From positions 99,452-163,451 of the forward strand of contig QCCZ01000001.1 in the NCBI GenBank assembly GCA_003281085.1: DNA of 64,000 bases. The letters run 5' to 3'. Of this stretch, positions 10,279-20,466 are shown piece by piece. Both the position numbers and the translations under genes were made by a program. Under the pieces are notes generated by a model. That model was not told the DNA's origin. It did no database searches and was given only the letters and a program-made list of their open reading frames with translations. The stretch's first letter is position 1; every line of letters starts with the position of its first letter. The DNA comes from OCS155 cluster bacterium AG-349-E07. GTDB lineage: Bacteria; Actinomycetota; Acidimicrobiia; Actinomarinales; Actinomarinaceae.

Positions 10279-11415
10279 CTAAATTGACAGTTTTCCATCT
10301 ATTTCGGTAATTTCTACTTCTTGATTAACTTCTAAAGATTGTTTATTTTCTATTTCTACAACAAAATTATTGCTTTCTAATTGGACAAGTGCTCTGTTAT
10401 CACTTAACAATTCAACAATTTTGACCTTTGAGCCCTTAAACGATGACATTGCACTTGTGTCTGTAGTAAGCCTGGATCTAATAACTGTAGGTATTGCAAC
10501 AAAATAAAAGAAAGAGATTATTGAAGAAGCAAATATCATCAAGAAATTATTTATTTCTAATTGGTAATTTGAAAACATTACAATTGATGAAATATGCAAG
10601 ATGGAAAAAGCAGCTATTCCTAGAGGACCAAAATATCCCCTTGCTAATATTTTTATAAAAATCAGAAAAGAAATGAGAAATAGAATTAAACCATAATAAT
10701 TTAAACCGAACTCAGTAAACGTTATAGAGGAGAAGCCGATAAGCAGAGCTCCTATAAATGCCATCAATCCAGGCCCAATTGCAAATAGCTCTAAACCTAG
10801 TAGTGCAAAACCTAGAGCAAAAAATAAATAAGTAAAGAATGGGTTTGATATTGAAATATAAAATCTTTCATACAGAGACGGTTTTACAAATTTGATTTCA
10901 TTAATATCATCAGAGTTAATATCGAAACTTACAATGCCAGATGTTCCTGATTCTTCTGAAATTATATTTGATATTATTTTTTCATTTCCTAAGTTTTCAA
11001 TAAATGCTCCGATTGAACCTACGACCATATAACCTTCATAGATTCCTTCTTGATTTATAAATTCGAACTCATTATTAGAAAGTTTATTAATAATTGTTGT
11101 ACCAGGTGATATACCAACGTAGTCAAATGACTTCAAAAGTCTTGCATCAACTGTTGTCTCGTTTGGCCCGACCCAGATGGCTTTTGGTGTTTTAATGCCC
11201 TTGAGTAATTCTTGTAATTCAACGACACTATTTTCACTTGTGTCAGAAGCGTTGTATTGAATAACAAATAAGCTTGTTTCTCTTAAATCATTCTCGCCTA
11301 TATATCTTTGAATGGCATTGATATGACTATTTGAAAATATACCATCAATTTCGAATATGCTAATTTGTGTTATATTTACAGCTGCAAAAAATAATATAGG
11401 TAATAGTTTTAACAT
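10279..11415 (-). CDS. NfeD-like membrane protein (degenerate ClpP-like N-terminal domain, TM block, OB domain)
   Basis: Signal peptide, LGLELFAIGPG TM block, C-terminal OB-like EVEITEIDGKL. Confidence 0.7.
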   Translation of the reverse strand: MLKLLPILFFAAVNITQISIFEIDGIFSNSHINAIQRYIGENDLRETSLFVIQYNASDTSENSVVELQELLKGIKTPKAIWVGPNETTVDARLLKSFDYVGISPGTTIINKLSNNEFEFINQEGIYEGYMVVGSIGAFIENLGNEKIISNIISEESGTSGIVSFDINSDDINEIKFVKPSLYERFYISISNPFFTYLFFALGFALLGLELFAIGPGLMAFIGALLIGFSSITFTEFGLNYYGLILFLISFLIFIKILARGYFGPLGIAAFSILHISSIVMFSNYQLEINNFLMIFASSIISFFYFVAIPTVIRSRLTTDTSAMSSFKGSKVKIVELLSDNRALVQLESNNFVVEIENKQSLEVNQEVEITEIDGKLSI

Positions 11416-11456
11416 TTTATATACTTAAATATATACAATAGTAGTCTTTTAAAACT

Positions 11457-11780
11457 GTGAAAATTTGCTTGATAACAGATAACGAATGGGTAAAGGATTC
11501 TTTACTAAAGTATCTTGATTTTGATTACAATTTTACTCATCTTATTGGTAGTGATGATATCAAATTGTCGTACGATTATATTTTTGTTGATATGCAAGTA
11601 AATAACAATGGCGGTCCTTCAATCATCAGAGAAATTGGGCGCAACAATAAATTTGCAAATTCAAAAAAAATTCTATTAATTGACAGAGAAGCAGATGTTT
11701 TTCAGGCTAAGAGGGTTGGAGCTGATGGACATCTTTTAAAACCAATTGATAAAACAAATTTAAAAAAAGTATTTACTTAA
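11457..11780 (+). CDS. Single-domain response regulator (receiver only)
   Basis: IFVDMQV, GADGHLLKP; GTG start. Confidence 0.8.
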   Translation: MKICLITDNEWVKDSLLKYLDFDYNFTHLIGSDDIKLSYDYIFVDMQVNNNGGPSIIREIGRNNKFANSKKILLIDREADVFQAKRVGADGHLLKPIDKTNLKKVFT

Positions 11781-11811
11781 AACATAAATTATCTAAAATC
11801 AATGATACAAA

Positions 11812-13062
11812 TTGAGTATTAACTTTGACATCGTTTTATACATAGTATTTTTTCTTTGCCTAATCTTGTCTGGCATGCTTTCAGGCTCTGAAACAGCTAT
11901 AACTTCTATTCCAATACAAAAAATACATCAATTGGATGAAAACAAAAAGAATAAAAGAATTAAAAGAGCTAAAGAAAATATTGAAAAAACTATTGGTGGA
12001 ATATTAGTTGGTAACAACTTTGTTAATATATTGATGGCATCAGTTGCAACACTTATTTTTGTAAGGCGTTTTGGGGAAAGTGCAGGTAGTGCGATAGCAA
12101 CGGTGTTTACTACAGTTATAGTTCTAATTTTTGGAGATATTACTCCAAAAACTTTGGCAACGAAGTTGCCGATATCATTTTTATCAAGAACTACGTTTTT
12201 AGTTGAAATTCTTTCAAAAGTATTTGCTCCATTTACTGAAGGTATAACAAAGATGATAATGAAATTTGTTAAAACACCTGATGAAGATGATGCAGAGGTT
12301 ACAGAAGCTGACATACAAGCTTTAACCGCACTTGGTGAAATTGAAGGGCAAATTTTACCAGCTGAAAGAGAGATTATTGATTCACTTCTAGATTTTTCTG
12401 ATAGACCTATTAAAGAAATTATGACTCCAAGGGTAGATGTTTTGTTTCTATCAATTCCTGTAGTTATGGAGGATGTAAGAAAAATTGTTGATGAAAAAAG
12501 AATATCGAGAATGCCAATTTCAAGAACAGAATCATTAGATGATACTTTTGGAATTGTATACGTAAAAGATTTATTCAATCTTGAAAATGAAGCTACATCA
12601 GTAGAAGTAGAAAATCTTGTTAAAGATGCAATTTACCTACCAGAATACACAACTGTACTGTCTGCTTTAAATATTCTTAGAGAAAATCAGGCAAGCTTTG
12701 CATGTGTAATAGATGAGAATGGTGGAATAGAAGGTGTAATTACTATCAAAGACGTTCTTTCTGAATTCGTTGGCGATCTGCCAGATGAACATGATGAAAG
12801 ATTCAAAGGAATTAAAAGACTAGGTCCTGGTCAATGGGTTGTAGAGGGAAAAACAGACATTGATGATTTTGAAGAATTTTTTGGCCTTGAGTCACAAGAG
12901 TCTGATGTGGCTACAGTAGGAGGGCTGTATTTAAGCTATTCAGAAAAACTGCCAAGTATAAATGAAAAAATTACAGTCCATGGTCTTGAGCTTACTGTTT
13001 CAGCAATCGACAACAGAAGAATCGATTCGTTGATTGTTAAGAAGATTGCAAAAATTACCTGA
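11812..13062 (+). CDS. CNNM/CorC-HlyC family membrane protein (DUF21-CBS-CorC)
   Basis: SGSETAI, ILVGNNFVN, FGDITPK, IMTPRVD, CBS pair, VGGL. Confidence 0.92.
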   Translation: MSINFDIVLYIVFFLCLILSGMLSGSETAITSIPIQKIHQLDENKKNKRIKRAKENIEKTIGGILVGNNFVNILMASVATLIFVRRFGESAGSAIATVFTTVIVLIFGDITPKTLATKLPISFLSRTTFLVEILSKVFAPFTEGITKMIMKFVKTPDEDDAEVTEADIQALTALGEIEGQILPAEREIIDSLLDFSDRPIKEIMTPRVDVLFLSIPVVMEDVRKIVDEKRISRMPISRTESLDDTFGIVYVKDLFNLENEATSVEVENLVKDAIYLPEYTTVLSALNILRENQASFACVIDENGGIEGVITIKDVLSEFVGDLPDEHDERFKGIKRLGPGQWVVEGKTDIDDFEEFFGLESQESDVATVGGLYLSYSEKLPSINEKITVHGLELTVSAIDNRRIDSLIVKKIAKIT

Positions 13063-13389
13063 TCAAATTACTTCAAAAGCTTTAAGTAGCTCATGTTTGT
13101 TTGGTGAATTATCAAAATCTTCTTTTGACTTATGAGCCTCGACATGCCAATCTGTTAATTCATTAATTAATAATTCTTCATCAACGCCGTTAACTTTTAT
13201 GGTTATTTCCCCATTTTGTGGTGCAGCCATGGTCATTATATTGATAATACTTTTTCCATTTGCAACCTTATCATCAAAAAAGATTTCAATGTCGCTTTCA
13301 AACTTGTTACATAATTCCACAAATTTAGCACCTGGGCGAGTATGCAAACCAGGATATATCAGTATTTTAAATTTTTTTTCTACTGCCAT
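13063..13389 (-). CDS. ptsH: Phosphocarrier protein HPr
   Basis: GLHTRP (His15 site), NGKSIINIM (Ser46 site). Confidence 0.93.
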   Translation of the reverse strand: MAVEKKFKILIYPGLHTRPGAKFVELCNKFESDIEIFFDDKVANGKSIINIMTMAAPQNGEITIKVNGVDEELLINELTDWHVEAHKSKEDFDNSPNKHELLKAFEVI

Positions 13390-13482
13390 TATTTATAATA
13401 TTAGTCATTTTTCGAAAAATTCTTAATCGCTATTTGTCAGAATATGGAGTTATGAACAATTAAGACCTTTTATAATTCACTT

Positions 13483-13866
13483 ATGAAAAATTTAATTTAC
13501 ATCCTTCTGGGAGCAGGTTTTTTAGCAATTATTTCCTCAAGTGCATCAGGGTTTTTAACTACTGAAACAAGTAATACTCTTGATAACCTATATGAAGAAA
13601 CTTTCTACATTGATCCAGAAAATATTGAAATCACAAATAACAACATCGTGATTACACTATCACAACAAAATAAAAATAACGCCGAGAAGAAAATTAATGA
13701 TTGTTTAAATTATTACAAAAAAGTTTATGAAAATTTAAATATAAATTGTGATTTAGTAGTAAAAGAAAGTGTTGCGCTTAATTCTTCTTGTGTGCACAAA
13801 TCAGGCGTTTTTGTTAAAGAAGAAAATCAGGAATATATAAAGATTACTACCTACAGCAACTGCTGA
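13483..13866 (+). CDS. Hypothetical secreted/anchored protein with 4 Cys
   Basis: N-terminal hydrophobic segment; TATAAT-6nt-ATG. Confidence 0.7.
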   Translation: MKNLIYILLGAGFLAIISSSASGFLTTETSNTLDNLYEETFYIDPENIEITNNNIVITLSQQNKNNAEKKINDCLNYYKKVYENLNINCDLVVKESVALNSSCVHKSGVFVKEENQEYIKITTYSNC

Positions 13867-14139
13867 TTAGTCGAATATTGAACCTAAAAGACTATCTTCT
13901 TCAGTTTCTATTTCAGCTATTGTGTCACCAACATTTACTATGTCGCCCTCTTCACAAGCTAAGTCTGTAATTTCTCCGGAGTAAGGTGATTCTAGATCCA
14001 TATCAACTTTGTCAGTGGAAATTTCACATATAGTGGCACCCTTCTCAATCTTTGAACCAACTTCAACTTTCCAACTTAAAATTTCAGCTTCGGTCATTTG
14101 ATCAGACATTGCCGGTAATTGAATTTTTTCTTTTGCCAT
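13867..14139 (-). CDS. Stand-alone lipoyl-domain protein
   Basis: LPAMSDQMTEA...EISTDKVDMDLESP, E2-type lipoyl domain with no acyltransferase domain. Confidence 0.9.
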   Translation of the reverse strand: MAKEKIQLPAMSDQMTEAEILSWKVEVGSKIEKGATICEISTDKVDMDLESPYSGEITDLACEEGDIVNVGDTIAEIETEEDSLLGSIFD

Positions 14140-14147
14140 ATATTTAT

Positions 14148-15131
14148 TTATAACATACTTTTGACTGCATTCGTAATGTCTTCAGCTTGAGGAATAACGT
14201 TTAATTCGAGGTGTTTTGCAGAAGGCATGGGTGAATGTAATCCTGAGACCAGCTTTGGAGCAACTTCAAGTTCATGAAATAACTCGCTTTCAACAATTTT
14301 TGAAATTACTGTCGTTCCCACAGAACTATTGGAAGGAGCTTCTTGACAAACTAAGAGTCTTTTTGTTTTTTTAAGTGAATTTTTAATAGTATCGTAATCT
14401 ATTGGTGAAACTGTCTGAAGGTCAATTAGTTCAATCGAGCAATTTTGTAATTCATCAGCGGCTATTGCTTCTTTTGCAACATTTACCATATTTGAATAGG
14501 CAACTATTGTTATATCGCTTCCTTCTTTAATGAGATTTGCTTTACCCAACATGCTTGATTCCTTGGGAATATCATTAAGTTCTACATTGTCTTTAATTTT
14601 ATATATTAATTTATGTTCCATGAAAATGATTGGGTTAGGATCTACAAAAGAATGGAGCAATAGATCATAGGCATTCTGAGGATTTGAAGGAGTAACTACT
14701 TTTAATCCTGGAACATGACAAAACCATGATTCAAGTGACTGGCTATGTTGTGCTGCCGCCCCTGTTCCAGCTCCACTAGCACCTCTGACAATTATTGGTA
14801 CGTTTACCGTTCCGCCATACATAAAATGAAGTTTTGCAGCTTGATTAACAATTGGATCCATAGCATTAACAATAAAATCACTAAACTGCATTTCGACAAT
14901 GGGTTTTCCGCCAGTCATTGATGCTCCAACAGCTAACCCTGCGATGACATCTTCAGCAATTGGTGTATCTTTAATTCTCTCCTCTCCAAATTGAGCTAGG
15001 AGTCCATCTGTAACTCCAAAGGCACCTCCGTAAATTCCAATATCTTCTCCAGCAATAAACGCTGTGGGGGTTTTTTCTAATATCAAACTAAGGGCTTTAT
15101 TTAATGCCTGTCCAGTTGTTAACTCAGGCAT
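14148..15131 (-). CDS. TPP-dependent dehydrogenase E1 beta subunit (PDH/acetoin dehydrogenase family)
   Basis: GEDIGIYGGAF, DTPIAE, EMQFSDF, AAQHSQSLE. Confidence 0.93.
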   Translation of the reverse strand: MPELTTGQALNKALSLILEKTPTAFIAGEDIGIYGGAFGVTDGLLAQFGEERIKDTPIAEDVIAGLAVGASMTGGKPIVEMQFSDFIVNAMDPIVNQAAKLHFMYGGTVNVPIIVRGASGAGTGAAAQHSQSLESWFCHVPGLKVVTPSNPQNAYDLLLHSFVDPNPIIFMEHKLIYKIKDNVELNDIPKESSMLGKANLIKEGSDITIVAYSNMVNVAKEAIAADELQNCSIELIDLQTVSPIDYDTIKNSLKKTKRLLVCQEAPSNSSVGTTVISKIVESELFHELEVAPKLVSGLHSPMPSAKHLELNVIPQAEDITNAVKSML

Positions 15132-16083
15132 ACGAATCCTCTTCTAAATTTGTTATTGGGCTGAGTGGGGAATCTAATGCCTGCTTAACCGATTTTCTGA
15201 TTAAATCCTTAATATCTGTATCAATGTCTTTAAGTTGATCTTCACTAATTCCAGACTCAATTAATTTTCCAATGTATCTTTTTATAGGGTCTTTTTCTTC
15301 TTTCCAATATTCAATTTCATCACTTGTTCTGTACAAGTTCCTATCAGATTTTGAGTGTCCCCTGTAGCGATATGTAACTGCTTCAATGAATTTTGGGCCC
15401 CCAGACGATAAAATTTTATTCTTAAAATTTAATACGTTTTCATAGACAGCCTCAACATCATTACCGTCAATTTGAATACTCTCTATTCCATAAGAATTTC
15501 CTCTCGATGCAATTGAGTCGCCTGCAACTGCTTTATCAGTTGCCATTGACATTCCATACTGATTATTCTCACATAAAAATAACACTGGAAGACTCCATAG
15601 CGATGCTAGGTTTAGAGCCTCATGGAATGAGCCTTCATTAACCGCTCCGTCTCCAAAAAAACAAAGTATAATATTGTCTTTTTTCTGCATCTGGAATGAT
15701 AAAGCTGCCCCAACAGAAATTGTTAAACTGCCAGCGACAATTCCATTGGCACCAAGATTACCATTTGATAAATCAGCAATATGCATTGACCCACCACGGC
15801 CTCTACAGTATCCATCTTCTCTACCAAGTAACTCTGCAAACATCTTATAAGGTTCGGCTCCTTTTGCAAGACAATGTCCATGTCCTCTGTGTGTTGAAGT
15901 AATCAAGTCATCTTTTTGAAGAGCTAAACATGCCCCAGCTGCTGTAGCTTCTTGACCGATAGATAAATGCATGGTCCCATGGAGCAAGCCTCTTGAAAAC
16001 ATTTCTTCTAGTGCTTCTTCAAACAACCTGATCAGCATCATCATGCGATGAAGTTCTAATTGAGTGGTTGTACTAAGTGTCAT
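15124..16083 (-). CDS. TPP-dependent dehydrogenase E1 alpha subunit
   Basis: HLSIGQEA, GRGGSMH, FFGDGAVNEG...ENNQY, TYRYRGHS. Confidence 0.93.
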   Translation of the reverse strand: MTLSTTTQLELHRMMMLIRLFEEALEEMFSRGLLHGTMHLSIGQEATAAGACLALQKDDLITSTHRGHGHCLAKGAEPYKMFAELLGREDGYCRGRGGSMHIADLSNGNLGANGIVAGSLTISVGAALSFQMQKKDNIILCFFGDGAVNEGSFHEALNLASLWSLPVLFLCENNQYGMSMATDKAVAGDSIASRGNSYGIESIQIDGNDVEAVYENVLNFKNKILSSGGPKFIEAVTYRYRGHSKSDRNLYRTSDEIEYWKEEKDPIKRYIGKLIESGISEDQLKDIDTDIKDLIRKSVKQALDSPLSPITNLEEDSYA

Positions 16084-16093
16084 TAAAGACTAT

Positions 16094-17347
16094 TTAACTA
16101 GCTTCTTGAAGTTTTCTTAAACTATTAATTAAATTTTCAGGAAGTTCAACTGAGTCTTTTGTAATTGGTTCACCTTTTTTTAGTTCTTTAATAACAGTTG
16201 CGCCTTCTAATAAGCCAAGTGGAATTAAATTGTCTGTATTTGCAACAGGATAAGTTACACCGTATGTGGCAAATCCCCCAATTCCATCAATCTTTTCACC
16301 TTTTTTTAGGTCTTTTTTTGCATGGCCAATAACTTCTGCAATCCATGACTTTGGTTGTAGCCCGGGTTCATTATTTATGATGGCCATCCCAATACTTCTA
16401 GGTGCTTCAATTGAAGCGAGGTGATAAGGCCTATAAAGAGTGTAATATGGACCTTCTCCCATAGATAAATACTCCATTTCTTCAATAACAGTTGGGTTGT
16501 CCGATTTCACAATAGAAAACACTCCTGGTGCTGGTCCAAATGCATAGTCAACTCTTCCAGATTCACTTAAAACACCCCCATCAGCTTTAGGGATAAGGAC
16601 TTTGTTTAATTCCTCTACTGAACTTACTGGTCCGTTCATGCCAATTTGATCTGGTGGTAAATTAATTGCATTTGCTAAAGCCGTCATTTCAATCATAGTT
16701 TTTGAACCATCTTCAAAACTTGCTAGCATTTTTGGATTCATATTCTTCTTAGTAGCTTTTTCTAAACAGGTATCAGGATTTGCAGTTTGGTCTAGTGGGT
16801 TGTTTTTTCCTTTTCCGACACACACTATCTCAAAACCTAAATCCACTGAGAAGTCATATAGCTCTTTACATGCAACTGGTTCATCACCATTCGCAACACT
16901 ATAAACTACATTATTTTTATTTGCTTTATTGGCTAAATACATCCCTATTGTGACATCTGTCTCTACATTCAACATGAGTATATGTTTTTGTGCCTCAATA
17001 CAGGCATCGGCAACCTCCGCACCAACCCATGGCACTCCAGTTGCTTCGAATACAATATCTATTGGTAGTTCTGCAAGAGCAGCTGCATTATCTACTACAC
17101 CACCTTGTCCGCTTTGGATAGACTTTGACGCCTCCTTGTTGTGTTTTACATACTCAACTCCAGCAAGATGTAATGCATTCTCAGCTCTTCCAATATCTAT
17201 ATCAGCACAAGCAACGAGGTTCATTCCTGGTATTTTCCCAATTTGTGCAGCAAGGCCGGAACCCATTTGGCCAGCACCAGCCAACCCAACTCTTACTGGT
17301 CTACCTAAATCTTTTTCACGAGCAATTAATAATTCTGTATAGTTCAA
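16094..17347 (-). CDS. NAD(P)-dependent oxidoreductase with C-terminal SAF domain (homoserine dehydrogenase-like, COG4091 type)
   Basis: GAGQMG, LNVETDVTIG, GKGKNNPL, DGSKTMIEM, YRPYHL, AKKDLKKGEKIDGIGG. Confidence 0.88.
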   Translation of the reverse strand: MNYTELLIAREKDLGRPVRVGLAGAGQMGSGLAAQIGKIPGMNLVACADIDIGRAENALHLAGVEYVKHNKEASKSIQSGQGGVVDNAAALAELPIDIVFEATGVPWVGAEVADACIEAQKHILMLNVETDVTIGMYLANKANKNNVVYSVANGDEPVACKELYDFSVDLGFEIVCVGKGKNNPLDQTANPDTCLEKATKKNMNPKMLASFEDGSKTMIEMTALANAINLPPDQIGMNGPVSSVEELNKVLIPKADGGVLSESGRVDYAFGPAPGVFSIVKSDNPTVIEEMEYLSMGEGPYYTLYRPYHLASIEAPRSIGMAIINNEPGLQPKSWIAEVIGHAKKDLKKGEKIDGIGGFATYGVTYPVANTDNLIPLGLLEGATVIKELKKGEPITKDSVELPENLINSLRKLQEAS

Positions 17348-17703
17348 TTGTTTATCCTTAAATTATCCCCAATGCTTATATTAGGTTTATTATCAAATGT
17401 ACACCTGACATCTCCAAGCTGTGCTTCCTCAGTTGAAGAGTCAAGTTTTAAAACTAAATGACCTAAATTTTTAAAGTTTTCATTGGCTACAGGCCCTACA
17501 GAGACAACTTCTAAATTAGAATCTGAAAGACTTATTTTTGTTCCAACTACTATTTCACCAGAGATTTGCTCTAGTTTATGTATTACCGCAAAATCTTGAA
17601 GTTCCTCTGGTGCATTGTCACCAAAAAAAACTACAATTCCTTCATCTAAAAATAAATTAGCTTGTTCGCCTATTCTTACTATTTCTGAAGAATAAATTTG
17701 CAT
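17344..17703 (-). CDS. srlB: PTS glucitol/sorbitol-family EIIA
   Basis: FGDNAPEELQDFAVIH, VGPVANENFKNLGHL. Confidence 0.92.
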   Translation of the reverse strand: MQIYSSEIVRIGEQANLFLDEGIVVFFGDNAPEELQDFAVIHKLEQISGEIVVGTKISLSDSNLEVVSVGPVANENFKNLGHLVLKLDSSTEEAQLGDVRCTFDNKPNISIGDNLRINN

Positions 17704-18080
17704 TAAGCTTCAGTAACTTGATCCTCAGAAACTCCAGAAACAAAGTTCTCTTCTTTAATAAATTGAGCAAGTGGACCTGCTGGTGTAGTGTCATGAATAT
17801 CAATCGTTGGTACGCCCTTCATAGGATATACACCGATTCTCGCAGTTCCTCCACAATCAATTACTGCACAAGCCATGGCTTTAAAGCTTCCCTCTGGTGA
17901 TGATTTAAAGCCATCAAAGGCTTCCGCCCCAGTTAAATCAGCAATTTTTTGAGCAACTGGATGAATTCCTCCACCAGTAACGCAAACAATGTATTTTTTT
18001 TCATCAGTTGGTTGTATTTCTAAAGGGCCTCCCCAACCACTTGGCCCTGCTTCTACTTTTACTTTTTTATAATCTGCCAT
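17703..18080 (-). CDS. srlE: PTS glucitol-family EIIB (N-terminal half of SrlE)
   Basis: GWGGPL, VTGGG, DGFK, IDCGGTAR, GPLAQFIKEENFVSGV. Confidence 0.9.
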   Translation of the reverse strand: MADYKKVKVEAGPSGWGGPLEIQPTDEKKYIVCVTGGGIHPVAQKIADLTGAEAFDGFKSSPEGSFKAMACAVIDCGGTARIGVYPMKGVPTIDIHDTTPAGPLAQFIKEENFVSGVSEDQVTEA

Positions 18081-18099
18081 AGTTTCTCCTTTAAAAATA

Positions 18100-18131
18100 T
18101 GTAACGCTCTGATTTTAGTCAGAGCGTTACA
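18100..18131 (-). terminator. Intra-operon stem-loop (attenuator/terminator or mRNA stabiliser)
   Basis: TGTAACGCTCTGA-6nt-TCAGAGCGTTACA perfect 13-bp stem followed by TATTTTT on the minus strand. Confidence 0.75.
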
Positions 18132-18157
18132 AATTTAAAAATTGTTAAGTTATGTCT

Positions 18158-18682
18158 TTACAAACCTAGTGCAAATAAATAACCAACAACGACTGAGATT
18201 GGTCCAGTAATCATTCTACTTGTTAGAACTGCTGGAACACCAACCGTAACTGTCTCCGGTTCTGCTTCACCAAGAGCCAGACCAACTGGTACGAAATCAC
18301 AACCAACCTGTGGGTTAATTGCAAATAAAGCTGGAAGCGCCATTGAAACATCAATGTTTCCACGTCCAATTTCAGTACCAATTAGAACACCAACGATCTG
18401 AGCAATTACTGCACCAGGTCCTAGTAGTGGTGATAAAACAGGTATTGCGCATATGATACAAACTATCATTAATCCGCCTAAACTACTTGCAAAACCTTTT
18501 ATACCATTTGCAATAGCGTCACCAACACCGGTTTCTAAAATTAAACCAATGACAAAAGTAACGAATGCCATAAATGGAATTATTGTTTTTAAACATAGGT
18601 CAACAGCATCTCGACCTGCTTGGAACAATGTTCCAACCACGCCACCAACTGATCGACCAATTCTCTCTATTAAAGCTTGCAT
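18158..18682 (-). CDS. srlE: PTS glucitol-family EIIC (C-terminal half of SrlE)
   Basis: FQAGRD, IIPFMAF, LSPLLGPGAVIAQ, ALPALFAIN, GCDFVPVGL, VGVPAVL. Confidence 0.9.
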   Translation of the reverse strand: MQALIERIGRSVGGVVGTLFQAGRDAVDLCLKTIIPFMAFVTFVIGLILETGVGDAIANGIKGFASSLGGLMIVCIICAIPVLSPLLGPGAVIAQIVGVLIGTEIGRGNIDVSMALPALFAINPQVGCDFVPVGLALGEAEPETVTVGVPAVLTSRMITGPISVVVGYLFALGL

Positions 18683-19224
18683 TATTCAACACCTGCCCTT
18701 CTTGACGTCATAATGTTATAGATAATATCAGTTACGATACCTCTAATTAATATGACTACAAGGCCAGCAAGAAGATATCTAACTGCTAAAGCAGTTACCA
18801 TATCTGGTGCAACTATTTCTACACCTGCTGCAATCCCTAACCATACAAACAACTCTCCACCATTCGCATGTGGAAAAATTCCTGTAATGGGATGAACAAA
18901 GCTTACTGCTGAATCATAAAATGCTGGTTTATGTTTTTCAGGCAAAAAGGTACCGAATGTATAGCAAACTGGGTTAGTAAGCATAAATACAGCTACAAAC
19001 GGTAAAAGAGTATAACGAACAGGCATGTAAATTGCCCCTTCTTGAGAAGCCCATTTTGCAAAGCCCTCAACTCTTTCCTCACCGATGAACTTGACTAAAG
19101 CATTAACTGCAGTCAAGAACACAACCACAATTGGAATAATTCCAGTTGTGAAACCAACAAATACATCAGCAGCGGTTCTAAATACTTGGATAAAGGCTTC
19201 TGCGCCTGCTACCAAAGCATCCAT
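18682..19224 (-). CDS. srlA: PTS glucitol-family EIIC2 subunit
   Basis: LTNP, FLPEKHKPAFYD, FPHANGGELFVWLGIA. Confidence 0.92.
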   Translation of the reverse strand: MDALVAGAEAFIQVFRTAADVFVGFTTGIIPIVVVFLTAVNALVKFIGEERVEGFAKWASQEGAIYMPVRYTLLPFVAVFMLTNPVCYTFGTFLPEKHKPAFYDSAVSFVHPITGIFPHANGGELFVWLGIAAGVEIVAPDMVTALAVRYLLAGLVVILIRGIVTDIIYNIMTSRRAGVE

Positions 19225-19242
19225 ATCTCCCCCTCCTTATAA

Positions 19243-19656
19243 TTAATTTGTCGAATTACTATCTGCTTTACTTTGAAGTTTTTTTATCAAAGTGTCAGCT
19301 GCCATTTTGGCAGCATCCCAGATAGGTTCTTTGTTTTCTGAGTTAGCAATTTCATTTAATGTTTTGCCATTAAATAACGAAACTTTTTTACTTTTTGCAA
19401 AAGTAGTTACCCCCTCCAGAGTAAGACCGTTAACAATGGTTGAATTTACATCAGCAGAGATTGCTAGATAGATTTTTTTTCTCCCCCATTTAGGTTGATT
19501 TACACCTATAGCGACTTCCAAGCCAGGTCCTTTAATGCTGTTTACTGCATCTAAGAAACCAGTAGCCTGTTTTTTAGCAAGATACATCTGTAAAACCCAC
19601 ATAAGTGCGAGTGTTACAAATATGACACCAAGTGCATATGGTGAACTAGATAACAA
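19243..19656 (-). CDS. gutM: GutM-like glucitol operon protein
   Basis: N-terminal TM ending WVLQMYL..Q, later GVTTFAK; first gene of the srl cluster; TTG start with GAAGGA. Confidence 0.75.
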   Translation of the reverse strand: MLSSSPYALGVIFVTLALMWVLQMYLAKKQATGFLDAVNSIKGPGLEVAIGVNQPKWGRKKIYLAISADVNSTIVNGLTLEGVTTFAKSKKVSLFNGKTLNEIANSENKEPIWDAAKMAADTLIKKLQSKADSNSTN

Positions 19657-19785
19657 CTTCCATCCTTCAACTTAAATAGTTAATTTAATTCTACATAAAT
19701 GATTCTTCGAATTTTGGTAAAAACCCGAAATCTTAAAAATAATGTAACCATTTTTGATTAAGAAAGGCCTGTTTTTAGGATTTTT

Positions 19786-20466
19786 TTAAATCATTTCCTC
19801 AAGTTTAAAGATATCTTCTATAAAAGTTACCTTCATGTTTCTTGGATCGCCAGGAATTACTACTGCCTCAAGCTCAGAATATTTTGATACGCATTCTGTT
19901 GTGTCTACTGCTTGCCATTTATCTAATTTTGCTAATTCATAGGATTTCCAAAGTTCTGAAGCTGGAAATATCTGTGGAGTTTGTATCTCTACAATTGTTT
20001 CTTGGATTTCTTCTTTGTTAAATTCCTGTTTTTTCATAAGATTATCTGAGTTATACCCAGGAGCTGAAGCTCCATATTTTTTTGCAACATCAATAAGCTC
20101 GTCTAACAAATAACTAGGTAACAGAGGTCTTGCGCCATCATGAATTAAAATTAGGTCTTCTTCATTTATATCTGGTCTTTCTTTTAAATAAAGAAGTCCT
20201 TGATATTCACTTTCATGTCTTGTGTTCCCACCAATTGTTACACCAGATAATTTTTTGGGATTAACTAGCTGAATTACATTATTAGTTTTTTCCCAGTCTT
20301 CATCCCTTACAACCAAAATTATTGAGTCAACTTTATCGGAATTATCTAGTGTCTCTAGTGGCCAGGAAAGTGCTGGCTTACCGCCAATTGGAAAGTAAAC
20401 TTTGTTTTCTTCATTATTAAACCTGTCGCTAGAACCACCAGCTAGAAGAATAGAATGTACTTTCAA
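19786..20466 (-). CDS. ispD: IspD/TarI-family cytidylyltransferase
   Basis: LAGGSSDRF, NK, GGNTRHES, IHDGARP, QTPQ, NMKVT. Confidence 0.85.
   Translation of the reverse strand: MKVHSILLAGGSSDRFNNEENKVYFPIGGKPALSWPLETLDNSDKVDSIILVVRDEDWEKTNNVIQLVNPKKLSGVTIGGNTRHESEYQGLLYLKERPDINEEDLILIHDGARPLLPSYLLDELIDVAKKYGASAPGYNSDNLMKKQEFNKEEIQETIVEIQTPQIFPASELWKSYELAKLDKWQAVDTTECVSKYSELEAVVIPGDPRNMKVTFIEDIFKLEEMI

Noticed and set aside
11928..12578. Long antisense ORFs (also 16929-17342, 20773-21129, 23855-24178, 30160-30540, 59548-59949, 60026-60409, 63208-63597)
   Set aside because: Shadow frames opposite well-supported genes, with no motifs of their own
13861..13881. ORF 13483..13866 ends Cys-TGA; possible Sec readthrough given selAB
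   Set aside because: Downstream sequence is the antisense of the lipoyl gene, another TGA follows within 5 codons, and no SECIS-like hairpin is visible
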